Source: Acidobacteriota bacterium (lineage in GTDB: Bacteria > Acidobacteriota > Thermoanaerobaculia > Multivoradales > UBA5704). Taken from it: a DNA stretch of 64,000 nt. This document shows, in pieces, positions 18,496 through 28,899 of the stretch (positions are counted from its first letter, which is position 1; every line of letters begins with the position of its first letter). The notes beneath the pieces are model-generated. The model ran no database searches, had not been told where the DNA came from, and was given only the letters and a program-made list of their open reading frames with translations. The position numbers were made by a program, and so were the translations under genes. The stretch lies in assembly GCA_040005235.1 (NCBI GenBank), contig JBDTZG010000003.1:168093-232092 (forward strand), read 5' to 3'.

Positions 18496-21165
18496 TCAGA
18501 CCTCTTCGCCCAAAACCGCGTCGATTTCTTCGAAGTAGTTCTGCGGAACCAGGATCTCGCGCGCTTTGCTGCCTTGGGAGGAGCCGAGCAGGCCGTCGCG
18601 CTCCATCATGTCGATTAGACGGCCGGCGCGGGAGAAGCCGACGCGCATGCGGCGCTGGAGGAAACTGGCGGAGGCCTGGCGTTCGCGGACGACCAGGCGG
18701 GCGGCCTCTTCGTACAGTGAGTCGTCGCCGTCGTCGTCCATTCCCTCGCCCCCTCCGCCGCTCGAGCTCTCGCGGTCGCGCAGGACGTCGGGGTCGAGAT
18801 CGGGCTTGCCCTGCTTCTTGAGCCAGCGGATCAGGCCGGCCGTCTCTTGTTCGGAAACGTAGGCGCCGTGGAGCCGGACGATCCGCGAGCTGCCCGGCGG
18901 CATGAACAGCATGTCGCCCTTGCCCAGCAGCTTTTCCGAGCCGACCTGGTCGAGAATGGTCCGCGAGTCGTGGCGCGACGGGGTGGCGTAGGCGATGCGG
19001 CAAGGGAAGTTCGCTTTGATCGTGCCGGTGAGCACGTCGACCGACGGCCGCTGGGTGGCGACGATCAGGTGGATGCCCACGGCGCGCGCCATCTGCGCCA
19101 GGCGCGCGATCGAGGTTTCGACGTCGGCGGAGGCGACCATCATCAGGTCGGCCAGCTCGTCGATGATCACTACGTAATACGGCAGCGGCTTTAAGTCCCC
19201 GGCGGAAAACGCATCGCCCCCGTCGTCCGACAGGGCGAGCCGCGCGCGCACCTCCGGATCGGCGAGAGCCCGGTTGTAGAACGCGATCGAGCGGACGTGG
19301 ACCTCGGCGAGCAGGCGGTAGCGGCGCTCCATTTCGGCCACCGCCCAACGAAGGGCGTTCGCCGCCTTCTTGGGTTCGACCACCACCTCGGTCTTCAAGT
19401 GCGGAATGTCGGCGTAGACGCCCAGCTCGATCCGCTTGGGGTCGATGAAGATGAACTGCACCTCGTCGCGGCGCGCCTTGTAGACGATCGATGTGATCAT
19501 GCTCTGAAGGCCGACCGACTTGCCCGAGCCGGTGGCTCCGGCGACCAGCAGGTGGGGCATGGTCGCGAGGTCGGCGTAATACGGTTCGCCGTAGATGTCC
19601 GTACCGAGCGCCATGGTGAGCACCGAGGGCGACTTCTTGAACCGCTCGTCGGCAAGCAGGGTACCGAGGCGGATCACCCGGCGGTCGCGGTTCGGAATCT
19701 CGATGCCGAGCGTCGAGCGGCCGGCCATCCGATCGATGCGCACCGATTCGGCTTTCATCGCGAGCGCCAGGTCGTCTTGCAGGTTCACCACCTGGCTCAC
19801 CTTGACGCCGGGCGCCGGCTGAAGCTCGAAGATGGTGATCACCGGGCCGGGGCTGATCCCCTCGATCGTTCCCTCGACGCCGAATTCGGCGCAACGGGTG
19901 CGGATCGCCTCGCCCAGCCGGATCAGCTCAGTCTCGTCGATCTGGGTTCGATGATCTTCGATCTGCAGCAGGTTGACCGGCGGGAGCTCGGAGGTCGGCG
20001 CCTCGGCCGGGAACGGAAGAGACGGCTGCGGCATCGCGGGCGTGGAGGATGCGACGCGGCGCAGCGGCATCGCGGGCGACGGGGTCATCACGGCCGCGGG
20101 GGCCTGCCGGAAGACCGGTCCGGGAGCGGCGACGCGGCCGGGCGGCGGCGCGAAGACCGGGGCGGCCGGCGGGGCCGGCGCTCGCGCCTCCGGCTCGTCC
20201 TCTTCGAACCCGGGCTCGAATGCGGGAGGCGAATCGGGCCGGACGCGGCGGAACGAAAACGCCTGCTCGCCGCTCCGCTCGGTGACCCGCAGCGGCCGTA
20301 ACGGCAAATCGAGCCGATGATCCGGCGCGGACGGGTTGTCCGTAGGGATCGAAGCCGCCGCAACCGCCGCCGTTGCCGAAGCGGGAGCCGGCATGGCGTT
20401 GACCGCCGGACGGCGCACGGCCGGGGGTTGGGCCGGGGCTTTCTGTTGATCGGCGGCCTGCTTGCGCTCTTCGACCACCCGTTGCAGGTGTTTGGTCACC
20501 ACCCGTTGGCGGGCCCGTTCCTTGCCGCGGCGCTCGCGTTTGCGCTCGCGGGCGAGCGCCCGCTCCTCCCAGCGCTTGTTCCACCGTTCGCGCCAGGAGG
20601 CGAGCAGGTTGCCGAGGGTCGACTGGACCGCGAGGGCGGCGCCGATCAATACCGCAAAGCCGAGCAGCAGCGCCGATCCGGCGAAGCTCAACCGGGCATC
20701 CAAGAAAGCGGTGAGCAGGTGACCGAACGCACCGCCCGCCTGGACCAACCCTCCGCGCGGCCAGGCGAAGTTGCCGAGCGTCAAATCGAGCAGGCCGGGA
20801 AGCGCCACGAGCAGCAGCCCCGTGCCGACGCCGCGTCCCACCACCCGTTCCGCCACGTGCTTGCGCAGCCGGCGGAGGCCGGAAACGAGCAGTAGGCAGG
20901 GGATCGCCAGGCAGGCGATGCCGAAGAAACCGAACGCCACCGCCGCGGTATGCGCGCCGACCGGACCGATCAGATTGCGCGCCCGCCCCTCGGACGAGAC
21001 CGTGCGGTGGAGCACGCTCGGATCGCGCGGATCGAAGCTCGCGAACGAGATCGCGAAAAACAGCGCGAACGCGAGAAGCACCAAGCCGAGCAGCTCCCGC
21101 CCCTTCTCTTCGGAAAGGGTCGGACGCTCGGGGCGTTCGGTCGTCTTGGCGAGGGCGACGGACAA
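18496..21165 (-). CDS. ftsK: DNA translocase FtsK
   Basis: N-terminal 4TM region, Pro-rich linker, PHLLVAGATGSGKS, IIDELADLMM, ATQRPS, C-terminal gamma domain. Confidence 0.97.
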   Translation of the reverse strand: MSVALAKTTERPERPTLSEEKGRELLGLVLLAFALFFAISFASFDPRDPSVLHRTVSSEGRARNLIGPVGAHTAAVAFGFFGIACLAIPCLLLVSGLRRLRKHVAERVVGRGVGTGLLLVALPGLLDLTLGNFAWPRGGLVQAGGAFGHLLTAFLDARLSFAGSALLLGFAVLIGAALAVQSTLGNLLASWRERWNKRWEERALARERKRERRGKERARQRVVTKHLQRVVEERKQAADQQKAPAQPPAVRRPAVNAMPAPASATAAVAAASIPTDNPSAPDHRLDLPLRPLRVTERSGEQAFSFRRVRPDSPPAFEPGFEEDEPEARAPAPPAAPVFAPPPGRVAAPGPVFRQAPAAVMTPSPAMPLRRVASSTPAMPQPSLPFPAEAPTSELPPVNLLQIEDHRTQIDETELIRLGEAIRTRCAEFGVEGTIEGISPGPVITIFELQPAPGVKVSQVVNLQDDLALAMKAESVRIDRMAGRSTLGIEIPNRDRRVIRLGTLLADERFKKSPSVLTMALGTDIYGEPYYADLATMPHLLVAGATGSGKSVGLQSMITSIVYKARRDEVQFIFIDPKRIELGVYADIPHLKTEVVVEPKKAANALRWAVAEMERRYRLLAEVHVRSIAFYNRALADPEVRARLALSDDGGDAFSAGDLKPLPYYVVIIDELADLMMVASADVETSIARLAQMARAVGIHLIVATQRPSVDVLTGTIKANFPCRIAYATPSRHDSRTILDQVGSEKLLGKGDMLFMPPGSSRIVRLHGAYVSEQETAGLIRWLKKQGKPDLDPDVLRDRESSSGGGGEGMDDDGDDSLYEEAARLVVRERQASASFLQRRMRVGFSRAGRLIDMMERDGLLGSSQGSKAREILVPQNYFEEIDAVLGEEV

Positions 21166-21452
21166 GGGTTCTGAGTCTCTCGAAATTGTCTGAGCGTTTC
21201 GGTCTTAAGTGCCGACAAATTCTAGCATAGCCGGCCTTTCAAGCGCCGAAAAGCCGGGGCTGCCGGTTACCTGCCGGCTCCTTGCCTCCATCCGACACGT
21301 TTCGCTCTCGTTTCTCGCGTTTCTCTTGGGAGGCACCGGCACCCTGGTGTTCTTCGCGCGAGCGCTGTGATAGACCTTTCACCACAACGTCCCCACTTGG
21401 AAGAAGGGAGCCTCGGCGCGACGCGCGTCCCAGGCGAAGGGTGCGATCAGCT

Positions 21453-23351
21453 ATGAATCATGTCCTGGCGATCAGCCTGGGGCCGGTCCAGGAGTTCCTC
21501 GCCGCGGCGCGCCGGACGCGCGACCTCTGGTTCGGCTCGTGGCTGCTCTCCGAGCTGGCCCGCGCGGCGGCGAAGGCGATCGAGGCGCGGCATCCGGGCA
21601 GCGTCATCTTTCCCGCCGCGGACGCGCTGGCCGACGGCGATGCCACGTTCGCCAACAAGATTCTCGCCCGCGTGCCGGACGATCCGGAGAGTGCGGCGGG
21701 AGCCGCGATCGAGGCGCTCCAGAAACGGCGTGACGAGCTGCGCGAGATGGCGTTCAAGGCTCTCGGCGATCTGAAAGAAACCGAATTCCACCGCGCCGCC
21801 GCCGGGGCGCAGGTCTCCGACCTGATCGAGATCCAATGGGCGAGCGCTCTGGAGTTTGGCGGAGAAGCCGGCTACGCCGACGCCCGGCGGACCGCGGAAG
21901 GAGTGCTCGCGGCGCGCAAGAACCAGCGCGATTGGATTCAACCCCACTGGGGCGCACCGGTGCCGAAGTCCGCGATCGACGGCCTGCGCGAGTCGGTGAT
22001 CGACGAGAAGCTCTTCGAAGGGAATACCGGTTGGGACGCCGAGCGGCTCTACAAAACCTTCGGCGTCGAGGGGGGCGAGCGCCTCGACGGTGTCTCGCTG
22101 CTCAAGCGCCTCGGCCGCCAGAGGGGTCGCCCCCTCGATCATCACTTCGCGAGCACCGGCCACATCGCGGCCTGGCCGCTGCTCGAACGGCTGAGGAAGC
22201 CAGGCGAGGACGAAGGCGCGCGGGCCAAGGTCAAAGTGGCGTGGGACCGCCTGAAAAGTGCGATCGTGGATTCTGGCGTCGACCTCCGCGATCATGAGGT
22301 TTACGCCGCTTCGGACCCTGCCGGAAACCGGGAGGAGCACCCGATCCTCGGCCGGCTGGACGGCAGCCTGCTGTTCGAGGGGCGCCTCGCCGATCTCTTC
22401 CGCGACCGGACGGAGGTCGACGCACAGGGGAAGAGGCGGCCGATCTCGGCGGCGGACCGTCGCCGGCTCGCCGCGAAGCTGCGCGGGGCGCTCGCCGATT
22501 TCCTCAAAGCCGCGGAGCTTCCCGCACCGCTCCCCTACTACGCGATCCTCCATGCCGACGGCGACCGGATGGGTTCCGCCATCGACCACCTCAAAGAGCT
22601 GCCGAGGCATCGGGAGCTGTCGCAGCAGCTGACCGCTTTCGCGGTCGAGGCCCGGAGGATCGTCGAGGCGACACATCACGGCGAGCTGGTCTACGCCGGA
22701 GGCGACGACGTGCTCGCCTTCCTGCCGTTGCACGAGGCGATTCCCTGCGCCCGCGCCCTGGCCGACACGTTTGCCGGGCTGCTCGAAGATTTTCCCGACG
22801 AGGACGACGTCAAGCCGACGCTTTCGGTCGGCCTCGGCATCGCCCACTTCATGGCGCCGCTTTCCCGGACGCTCGAGTTGGCGCGCAGCGCCGAGAAGGA
22901 CGCCAAGGCGGTCCCGGGCAAGAACGCGCTCGCGCTGCGGATCGACAAACGCTCCGGGCCGACGCTCCGCTTGGCCGGGAGCTGGACAACGATCGATCTC
23001 GATCTCGAAAACTTCGCGAAGCTCCACGCCCGGGACGAGATCTCGGACAAGGGGGGCTTCGACCTGCGCGAGCTGGCGCGCCTGATCGAAGGGAGCACCG
23101 GCGACGACCGGAAGAACCTCGAAGATCTCGCCCAGAAGGAGGCGATCCGCATCCTCGCCCGCAAGCAGCCGAAGCATGGCCAGGACGCGGGGCACAGCGA
23201 AGCGGTGCGCAAGAGGCTGCGCGAGATCCTGGAGCGCTCGAAGTCGATCGCCGCGTTCGCCGACCGGCTGATCGCCGCGCGCCTGTTCGGCGAGGCCCTG
23301 GTGCAATCCGGCCGGCCGATTCCCCCGCTCGAACCCGAGGTTGTGGCATGA
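21453..23351 (+). CDS. cas10: Type III-B CRISPR large subunit Cas10/Cmr2
   Basis: SLGPVQEFLAAARRTRDLWFGSWLLS N-terminus, YYAILHADGDRMG, and an intact LVYAGGDDVL palm motif. No HD domain. Confidence 0.96.
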   Translation: MNHVLAISLGPVQEFLAAARRTRDLWFGSWLLSELARAAAKAIEARHPGSVIFPAADALADGDATFANKILARVPDDPESAAGAAIEALQKRRDELREMAFKALGDLKETEFHRAAAGAQVSDLIEIQWASALEFGGEAGYADARRTAEGVLAARKNQRDWIQPHWGAPVPKSAIDGLRESVIDEKLFEGNTGWDAERLYKTFGVEGGERLDGVSLLKRLGRQRGRPLDHHFASTGHIAAWPLLERLRKPGEDEGARAKVKVAWDRLKSAIVDSGVDLRDHEVYAASDPAGNREEHPILGRLDGSLLFEGRLADLFRDRTEVDAQGKRRPISAADRRRLAAKLRGALADFLKAAELPAPLPYYAILHADGDRMGSAIDHLKELPRHRELSQQLTAFAVEARRIVEATHHGELVYAGGDDVLAFLPLHEAIPCARALADTFAGLLEDFPDEDDVKPTLSVGLGIAHFMAPLSRTLELARSAEKDAKAVPGKNALALRIDKRSGPTLRLAGSWTTIDLDLENFAKLHARDEISDKGGFDLRELARLIEGSTGDDRKNLEDLAQKEAIRILARKQPKHGQDAGHSEAVRKRLREILERSKSIAAFADRLIAARLFGEALVQSGRPIPPLEPEVVA

Positions 23352-24598
23352 ATGAAGGCGCGATTTTCCTCATCGAGCCGCGCGATCCGCTGATCGCCCG
23401 CGACGGCCGGCCCGCCCGGCTGGGCGAAGCGCTGGCCACCCTCCCCTTTCCGCCGCCGGGCATGATTGCGGGGGCGGCGCGCACGCGCATGGCCTCGATC
23501 GACGGGGCGTTTTCCTGTGCGGCGGAGGATCTCGACCGGCTGGTCGAAATCCCCGTCCACGGGCCGCTGCTCGCCGAGCTGAAAGAGGACGGAGATGGCG
23601 TGGCCTGCTGGTTCGCGCCGGCCCCACGCGACGCTGTGTTGTTCGGCGATGGATTCGGCGATGGAGTCGGCGGTGGAGTCGGCGACCCGGAGATTCCCAC
23701 CCTCCGGCGGCTGGCACCGCGCCCGGTGCCGCACGGCGCGCTGGCCGGGGGCTTCCGCGGCGAAGGTACGCTGCCGGAAGGTTCCCTTCTGCCCGCGTTC
23801 GCCTCACCCGGCCCGGCAGGAAAGCCGCTCGCCCATCCGCCCGTCTTCTGGCGCTGGTCGAATTTCGCGGCCTGGCTCGGTGCCGAGGGGCAGATCGAAC
23901 CCGCGCCGCTCGGCCTCGGCCGGATCGAACCGGAGCCGCGCGCCCATCTCGCGATCGAACCGGGCGGCCGGGTAGGGCTGGAGGGCCGGGTATTCGAGAC
24001 CCTCGGCCTGCGCTTCCTCGCCGCGCTCCCCGGTGCCGGCCCGCTCGCGAAATTGGCGGTCCGCCGGCTCGCGCTGGGCCTCCGCACTCCCGGGGGCACA
24101 ATCGGCGCGCGCCCGCTGGAGCTGCGCAAGGAACTCGCCCCTCTCGGCGGAGAGCGCCGCCTCGCCCGCTGGCGCCCGGCGACCGGCGCGTCTTGGCCGG
24201 CGCTGCCGCCGGAGATTCGAAAACGAATCGTCGAAACCCGCCGCGCGCGGATCGTCCTGCTCACCCCGGCCGAATTCGAAGAGGGCTCCCGACCCGGCTG
24301 GAACGGCGGCGAGATCCCCGGGCTGGCGGCGAGTGCAGGGGGAGTTACCGTAACAGTCCAAGCCGCCTGCGTGCCGCGCGCCGAGGTGGTCTCCGGCTGG
24401 GATCTCCGACGCGGCAAGGCGAAGCCGACACGCCGTCTGGTCCCCGCCGGCAGCGTCTACTGGGTGGAGCTGTCCGGCACAGGAGACCTCGGCGCCTGGT
24501 GCGACGCGCTCTGGCTGCAACCGGCGAGCGATGCCGAAAGCGCCCGCCGGAACGGCTACGGGCTGGCGGCACTCGGCGTTTGGGAGGAGGAATCATGA
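23348..24598 (+). CDS. cmr3: Type III-B RAMP Cmr3 (Cas5 group)
   Basis: IEPRDPLIARDGRP, LGGERR, LLTPA, VSGWD...KPTRRLVPAGSVY, GYG. Confidence 0.93.
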   Translation: MNEGAIFLIEPRDPLIARDGRPARLGEALATLPFPPPGMIAGAARTRMASIDGAFSCAAEDLDRLVEIPVHGPLLAELKEDGDGVACWFAPAPRDAVLFGDGFGDGVGGGVGDPEIPTLRRLAPRPVPHGALAGGFRGEGTLPEGSLLPAFASPGPAGKPLAHPPVFWRWSNFAAWLGAEGQIEPAPLGLGRIEPEPRAHLAIEPGGRVGLEGRVFETLGLRFLAALPGAGPLAKLAVRRLALGLRTPGGTIGARPLELRKELAPLGGERRLARWRPATGASWPALPPEIRKRIVETRRARIVLLTPAEFEEGSRPGWNGGEIPGLAASAGGVTVTVQAACVPRAEVVSGWDLRRGKAKPTRRLVPAGSVYWVELSGTGDLGAWCDALWLQPASDAESARRNGYGLAALGVWEEES

Positions 24599-25920
24599 GC
24601 CGCATCGCCCCACCTCTGCCGGAGGATCTGTCGACCGCGAGGAAGACGGTCCCCTGGGAACGCGAGATCGAAGTGCAGCTGATCACCCGTTTATTCGGGG
24701 GCGGCGCGAGACCGCGCGAGATCGACGAGCGCTCGTGGATTCGCCCCGCGGCGCTCAAATCGGCGCTCCGCTTCTGGTGGCGGGCTACGCACGCCCACCT
24801 TCCCGAGTACGACTCGCTCAAGAAGCTCAAAAAGCAAGAGGATCTGCTGTTCGGCACCGCGGCGCGCTTTGGCAAGAAGAACGAGATTCTCGGCGGGCCG
24901 GGGTGGCTGTCGGTGGAGGTGTCAGCGGCGGGGGGGAGCCTGGTTCGAGAGGCGTACGACCCTAAGTCAAAGGCCGAGGCCGGCCGTTCCGTCGGGATTG
25001 CTTACTACCCGGCAACGCCGCAGAAAGAGCAAGTAATCCGCCTTGGAGGGGTCGGGAAGGGAAAGGGGGTTCGGTCCCTGATCCGGCTCCGACTCGAACG
25101 ACTCGACCAGGATGCCGTCGGAGAGATCCAGGAGGCCTTGAAAGCTTTCCTCCTGATGGGCGGGGTGGGAGCACGAACTCGGCGCGGCGCGGGATCTTTG
25201 GCGCCTGCGCACGAAGAGGCCGACATCCCGTGTTCCGCCCTAGAGATCGAGCGCTATTTCGCCGAATGGGTGAAAATCGATCCCTCCAGTATTCCGGCCG
25301 GAGTCTTCTCTCTCGCCAGAGCGCAGTGGGTTGTTACTGGGCGTAGCTATGCGACCGGTGAAGAGGCGCAGGAAGCGCTCCTTGATGTGCTGCGTGAGTT
25401 CCGCCAGAAGCGCCTTCACCCCAAGAATTGGGGCAAGGGCGACTATGGGCCAACCCGGTGGCCGGAGCCCTACGCGATTCGAATGGAAGTTGGGACCGGG
25501 TCTCATAAGACCAGCGAGGAACATCGTGAGCAGTTTCCACGCGGAATCCTCGGGCTCCCCATCGTCTTCAAGTTTCATGACAAGGACAAGAATGACCCAG
25601 GACGACACACGCTGGCCGGCGTACGAGAGAATGGCGAAGCCATCTCTCGCTTTGCGAGCCCTCTGCTGCTTCGTCCGATCAGAATCTGGCGGCAGGAGAA
25701 AGGTGAATCGGTCAAAGAGTACCTGCCGGTCGCCTTGTTTACCGAACCGATCCTTCCCTCGGACACGCTTCCTCTCTTGGAGCCCACGCCCGCGGAGGAA
25801 GATCCACGGCCTACCCTTTCTGAGGCGCGCACTTTCTCCGAAACCTCCTTCGCCGAAGCGGCGAAGAACGCCGACCTGCTCGCCAAGCTGAAGACCGCTT
25901 TCCAAGACGGTCTTCGCTAG
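24595..25920 (+). CDS. cmr1: Type III-B RAMP Cmr1
   Basis: LITRLFGGG, IRPAALKSALRFWWRA, GGVGARTRRGAGS, FPRGILGLPIVF, RFASPL. Confidence 0.93.
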   Translation: MSRIAPPLPEDLSTARKTVPWEREIEVQLITRLFGGGARPREIDERSWIRPAALKSALRFWWRATHAHLPEYDSLKKLKKQEDLLFGTAARFGKKNEILGGPGWLSVEVSAAGGSLVREAYDPKSKAEAGRSVGIAYYPATPQKEQVIRLGGVGKGKGVRSLIRLRLERLDQDAVGEIQEALKAFLLMGGVGARTRRGAGSLAPAHEEADIPCSALEIERYFAEWVKIDPSSIPAGVFSLARAQWVVTGRSYATGEEAQEALLDVLREFRQKRLHPKNWGKGDYGPTRWPEPYAIRMEVGTGSHKTSEEHREQFPRGILGLPIVFKFHDKDKNDPGRHTLAGVRENGEAISRFASPLLLRPIRIWRQEKGESVKEYLPVALFTEPILPSDTLPLLEPTPAEEDPRPTLSEARTFSETSFAEAAKNADLLAKLKTAFQDGLR

Positions 25921-25941
25921 AAGAAATAGAGGAAACTGCCC

Positions 25942-26883
25942 ATGCGCACCCGCCTCGTTCTCGTCCATGCGCTCACGCCGCTCCATGCCGGCACCGGCCA
26001 GGCGGCCGGGGCGATCGATCTGCCGATTGCTCGCGAGCGGCCGACCCACATTCCGATCGTGCCCGGCTCGTCGATCAAAGGGGCGTTGCGCGCCCGCGAA
26101 GAGGATGAAAATTGGCGCAAAGTAATCTACGGCCCAGAAACCGAGCTGGCCTCGGAACACGGGGGCGCCGTGCAGTTCTCGGACGTCCACACCGTCCTGC
26201 TGCCAGTCCGAAGCCTCGCAGGGACGTTTGCCTGGGTGACCTCGCGCTACCTTCTTTCGCGCTTCGCCCGCGACGCCCAGGAGGCGGACTTGGCGCTCAA
26301 ACCGGCACCGGCCGCCGCCCGGATGGACGCCTGCGTTCTTGTGCAGGGATCGGTCCTCAAGGTACCGCTAGACCAAACTCAAAGAGTGATCTTGGAAGAT
26401 CTCGATCTCAAGCCGGCCCCGGACGCCTCTCCCGAAGCCGCGACCCTCGCCGCATACGCAGAGACCCTCGGACAGGCGCTCTTTCCGGATCCGCCGGAGG
26501 CTACGGCCGAGCAGAAAGCGGCGAACGCCGCGGCCCAGAAGGATCTGAGCGCCCGCCTCTGTCTGGTCCACGACGACACGATGTCCTACCTGCTCGAAGC
26601 GGCGACCGAAGTCTCGGCCCGGATTCGCCTTGATCCGAAAAAGAAGACAGTCGCCCGCGGCGCGCTCTGGACCGAAGAAGCCCTGCCCACGGAGACGGTG
26701 CTCGCCGGACTCGCGGTCGCGAGCGCGGTGGAACGGGACAACAAGAAGTACATGCCCGCCGATCTCTTCGCGCAAATCGGCAAAGCCGCCAAAGGACTCG
26801 TCCAACTCGGCGGCAAGGCGACCGTCGGCCGGGGCAACTGCCGGGTTCTGATCGTGCCGGCCGCGGCGGGAGGTACAGAGTGA
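25942..26883 (+). CDS. cmr4: Type III-B RAMP Cmr4 (target RNase)
   Basis: TPLHAGTG, IDLPIARE (catalytic Asp present), PGSSIKGALR, QLGGKATVGRG. Confidence 0.95.
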   Translation: MRTRLVLVHALTPLHAGTGQAAGAIDLPIARERPTHIPIVPGSSIKGALRAREEDENWRKVIYGPETELASEHGGAVQFSDVHTVLLPVRSLAGTFAWVTSRYLLSRFARDAQEADLALKPAPAAARMDACVLVQGSVLKVPLDQTQRVILEDLDLKPAPDASPEAATLAAYAETLGQALFPDPPEATAEQKAANAAAQKDLSARLCLVHDDTMSYLLEAATEVSARIRLDPKKKTVARGALWTEEALPTETVLAGLAVASAVERDNKKYMPADLFAQIGKAAKGLVQLGGKATVGRGNCRVLIVPAAAGGTE

Positions 26884-27344
26884 CTCGTGAACAGACGCGC
26901 GCCACGCTCGCTTGGAAGCACGTCGTCGCGGTCGGGGACAAACATGGCAAGGACTCGCCCGGCCGCAAGACTTACGGCACGCTCGCCGGCAAGCTCCCTT
27001 CCCTCCTCCGCTCCGCCGGCTTTTGCCAGGCGGTCCATTTCCTCCGCTCACGCCGCAAGAAGGACGCGAAGCCGAATCAGCCCGACATGGCGGAGCTTCT
27101 GCTCGGCCACCTCGCCGAGCAACTCGGCCAGGTAAGCCAAGGGATCGGCGCGGACATCGAGGCGCTCTGCAAGGCCGCCCGGGAGAGTCCTCTTCCCGTC
27201 TACCTCTGGCTGTCGCGCGAGGCGGTCGCCTGCGCCACCTGGTACGCGAGGCTCGCCAAATCCGAGCTGGAGGTCGAGCCGACCGACGACGCTCCGGAGG
27301 ACAATGCGGCCGAGCCGGAGGCCAAGGCCGAGGCAGCGCCGTGA
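26880..27344 (+). CDS. cmr5: Type III-B small subunit Cmr5 (Cas11)
   Basis: TREQTRA...YGTLAGKLPSLLRSAGFCQA. Helical, and located between cmr4 and cmr6. Confidence 0.9.
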   Translation: MTREQTRATLAWKHVVAVGDKHGKDSPGRKTYGTLAGKLPSLLRSAGFCQAVHFLRSRRKKDAKPNQPDMAELLLGHLAEQLGQVSQGIGADIEALCKAARESPLPVYLWLSREAVACATWYARLAKSELEVEPTDDAPEDNAAEPEAKAEAAP

Positions 27345-28147
27345 GTCTCGAAGGCATCCAGAGTCGTCGGGGGATTTTCGCTCCGCTCAGAACGCCTCCG
27401 CCCACGGCGAATGCCGGGCTCTGGATCGAGAAATACGCCAAGGCGCTCGGTGGCACCGGCTCGCCCAAGGAGCATTTCGAAACGCTCTTTTCGGTGCTAC
27501 CGGACGGCCGCCATCGCGCCCCCGACCTGCCTGCCGCCTACAGCGCCTTCTTCCATCGCTGGCGCGACCACCTGGGGATGCTGCCCCCGGCGACGATCTT
27601 CGCCCGCGCCTCGGCGAGCGGCCGGCTCGCGGTCGGCCTCGGCGCGGAGTCCACGCTCGAAACCTCGATCGCGCTCCATCACACCTACGGCGTGCCCTAC
27701 CTGCCGGGCTCGGCGCTCAAAGGCCTAGCCGCCCACGCCGCGCGCGAGCGGCTCGATCCAGCCTGGAATCCGGAGGACCCGACCGGCCCCTACAACGTCG
27801 TTTTCGGCCGCCTCGAAGAGGCGGGCTTCGTCACCTTCCACGACGCGCTCTGGATTCCCGAGGGGAACGATCCCCGCCTGCCGCTCGACCTCGACGTGAT
27901 GACCGTGCATCATGGCGACTACTACGGCGCCGGCAAGACCCCGCCGACCGATTGGGACGATCCGAACCCGATCCCCTTCCTCTCCGCCCGCGGTTCCTAT
28001 CTCCTAGCCCTCACCGGCCCCCCGGGCTGGATCGAAAAGGCGCTCGAAATCCTCACCGGAGCGCTGGCGGAAGACGGCCTCGGCGCCAAGACAGCGGCGG
28101 GGTATGGACGGATGAAGGTCACGCGGGAAGAAGGGGTCGGGCGATGA
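27341..28147 (+). CDS. cmr6: Type III-B RAMP Cmr6
   Basis: RLAVGLG, LHHTYGVPYLPGSALKG, DVMTVHHGDYY, GLGAKTAAGYG. GTG start overlaps the cmr5 stop. Confidence 0.94.
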   Translation: MSLEGIQSRRGIFAPLRTPPPTANAGLWIEKYAKALGGTGSPKEHFETLFSVLPDGRHRAPDLPAAYSAFFHRWRDHLGMLPPATIFARASASGRLAVGLGAESTLETSIALHHTYGVPYLPGSALKGLAAHAARERLDPAWNPEDPTGPYNVVFGRLEEAGFVTFHDALWIPEGNDPRLPLDLDVMTVHHGDYYGAGKTPPTDWDDPNPIPFLSARGSYLLALTGPPGWIEKALEILTGALAEDGLGAKTAAGYGRMKVTREEGVGR

Positions 28148-28899
28148 AGTGGCGTAGCTGGTTTTTCGGTCTAGTGGCATTGAGCGTCGCGCTCTTGGCC
28201 TCCTGGCTCTCGACGAAAGAGACCGTCCGCCCCCTCTATTCATTCTTCGACGGCACGGGCACCGTGATCGGTTGGTTCCTCTCCTGCCTCACCGTTCTGG
28301 TTGGCGTGGCCGCCTGGTTCGAACGTGCAGCCCTTCGAAGATGGCTCCTCAACCGCCAGTTTCCCCAAGTCGGCGACGACGTTAGAGACTGGCGGAGCCG
28401 GGTCGAGGCTCTGGTAATTCCGGTGAGCCCTCGGCGCGAGCAGCCGGAGTGGTTGATTCGCCATCTCAAGCCGTCTCACGTTTCTTTCCTTTACACCTCT
28501 GAATCCCGAGCGACCGCCGCCGGGCTCGCGAGGGATTTCGGATCTGAGAGCCTTGAGTTCTCGCCTTCCTATCATCAGATAGTCGCCGCAGCGAACGAGC
28601 TCAAGGATCCCAACGATACGCGAGAAGCTCGCACTCAGACGAAATTGTTCCTCGAACGTTTCGACCGTCTCGGCATCCCCCCGAGCCGAGTCTTCGTCGA
28701 TACGACTGCGGGCAAGGTGCCGACTTCGATCGGAGCCTTTCAAGCTGCCGAGGAAGCGGCTGTCGCAACGATCTATATTGTCGGCACAAAGAACGGATTA
28801 ATTCAGGACCCTGGAGATGCGAGCCATGGCCAGCCGAAGTTTGTAAGCAATCCGCTGGCTCGCTCCGAGGATCTTCCGGAAGCTCGCCGCCGCCCATGA
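28144..28899 (+). CDS. Membrane-anchored CARF-domain effector (two N-terminal TM helices plus CARF; Cam1/Cam2-like architecture)
   Basis: Two hydrophobic N-terminal segments, then LVIPVS...PEWLIRHLKP.HVSFLYT and VFVDTTAGKVPTSIGAF (CARF DxT[G/A]GxK-like motif). ATGA-coupled to cmr6. Confidence 0.8.
   Translation: MKWRSWFFGLVALSVALLASWLSTKETVRPLYSFFDGTGTVIGWFLSCLTVLVGVAAWFERAALRRWLLNRQFPQVGDDVRDWRSRVEALVIPVSPRREQPEWLIRHLKPSHVSFLYTSESRATAAGLARDFGSESLEFSPSYHQIVAAANELKDPNDTREARTQTKLFLERFDRLGIPPSRVFVDTTAGKVPTSIGAFQAAEEAAVATIYIVGTKNGLIQDPGDASHGQPKFVSNPLARSEDLPEARRRP

Noticed and set aside
529-21200. Numerous long Arg/Pro/Ala-rich overlapping ORFs
   Set aside because: These are shadow frames typical of high-GC DNA, overlapping well-supported genes.
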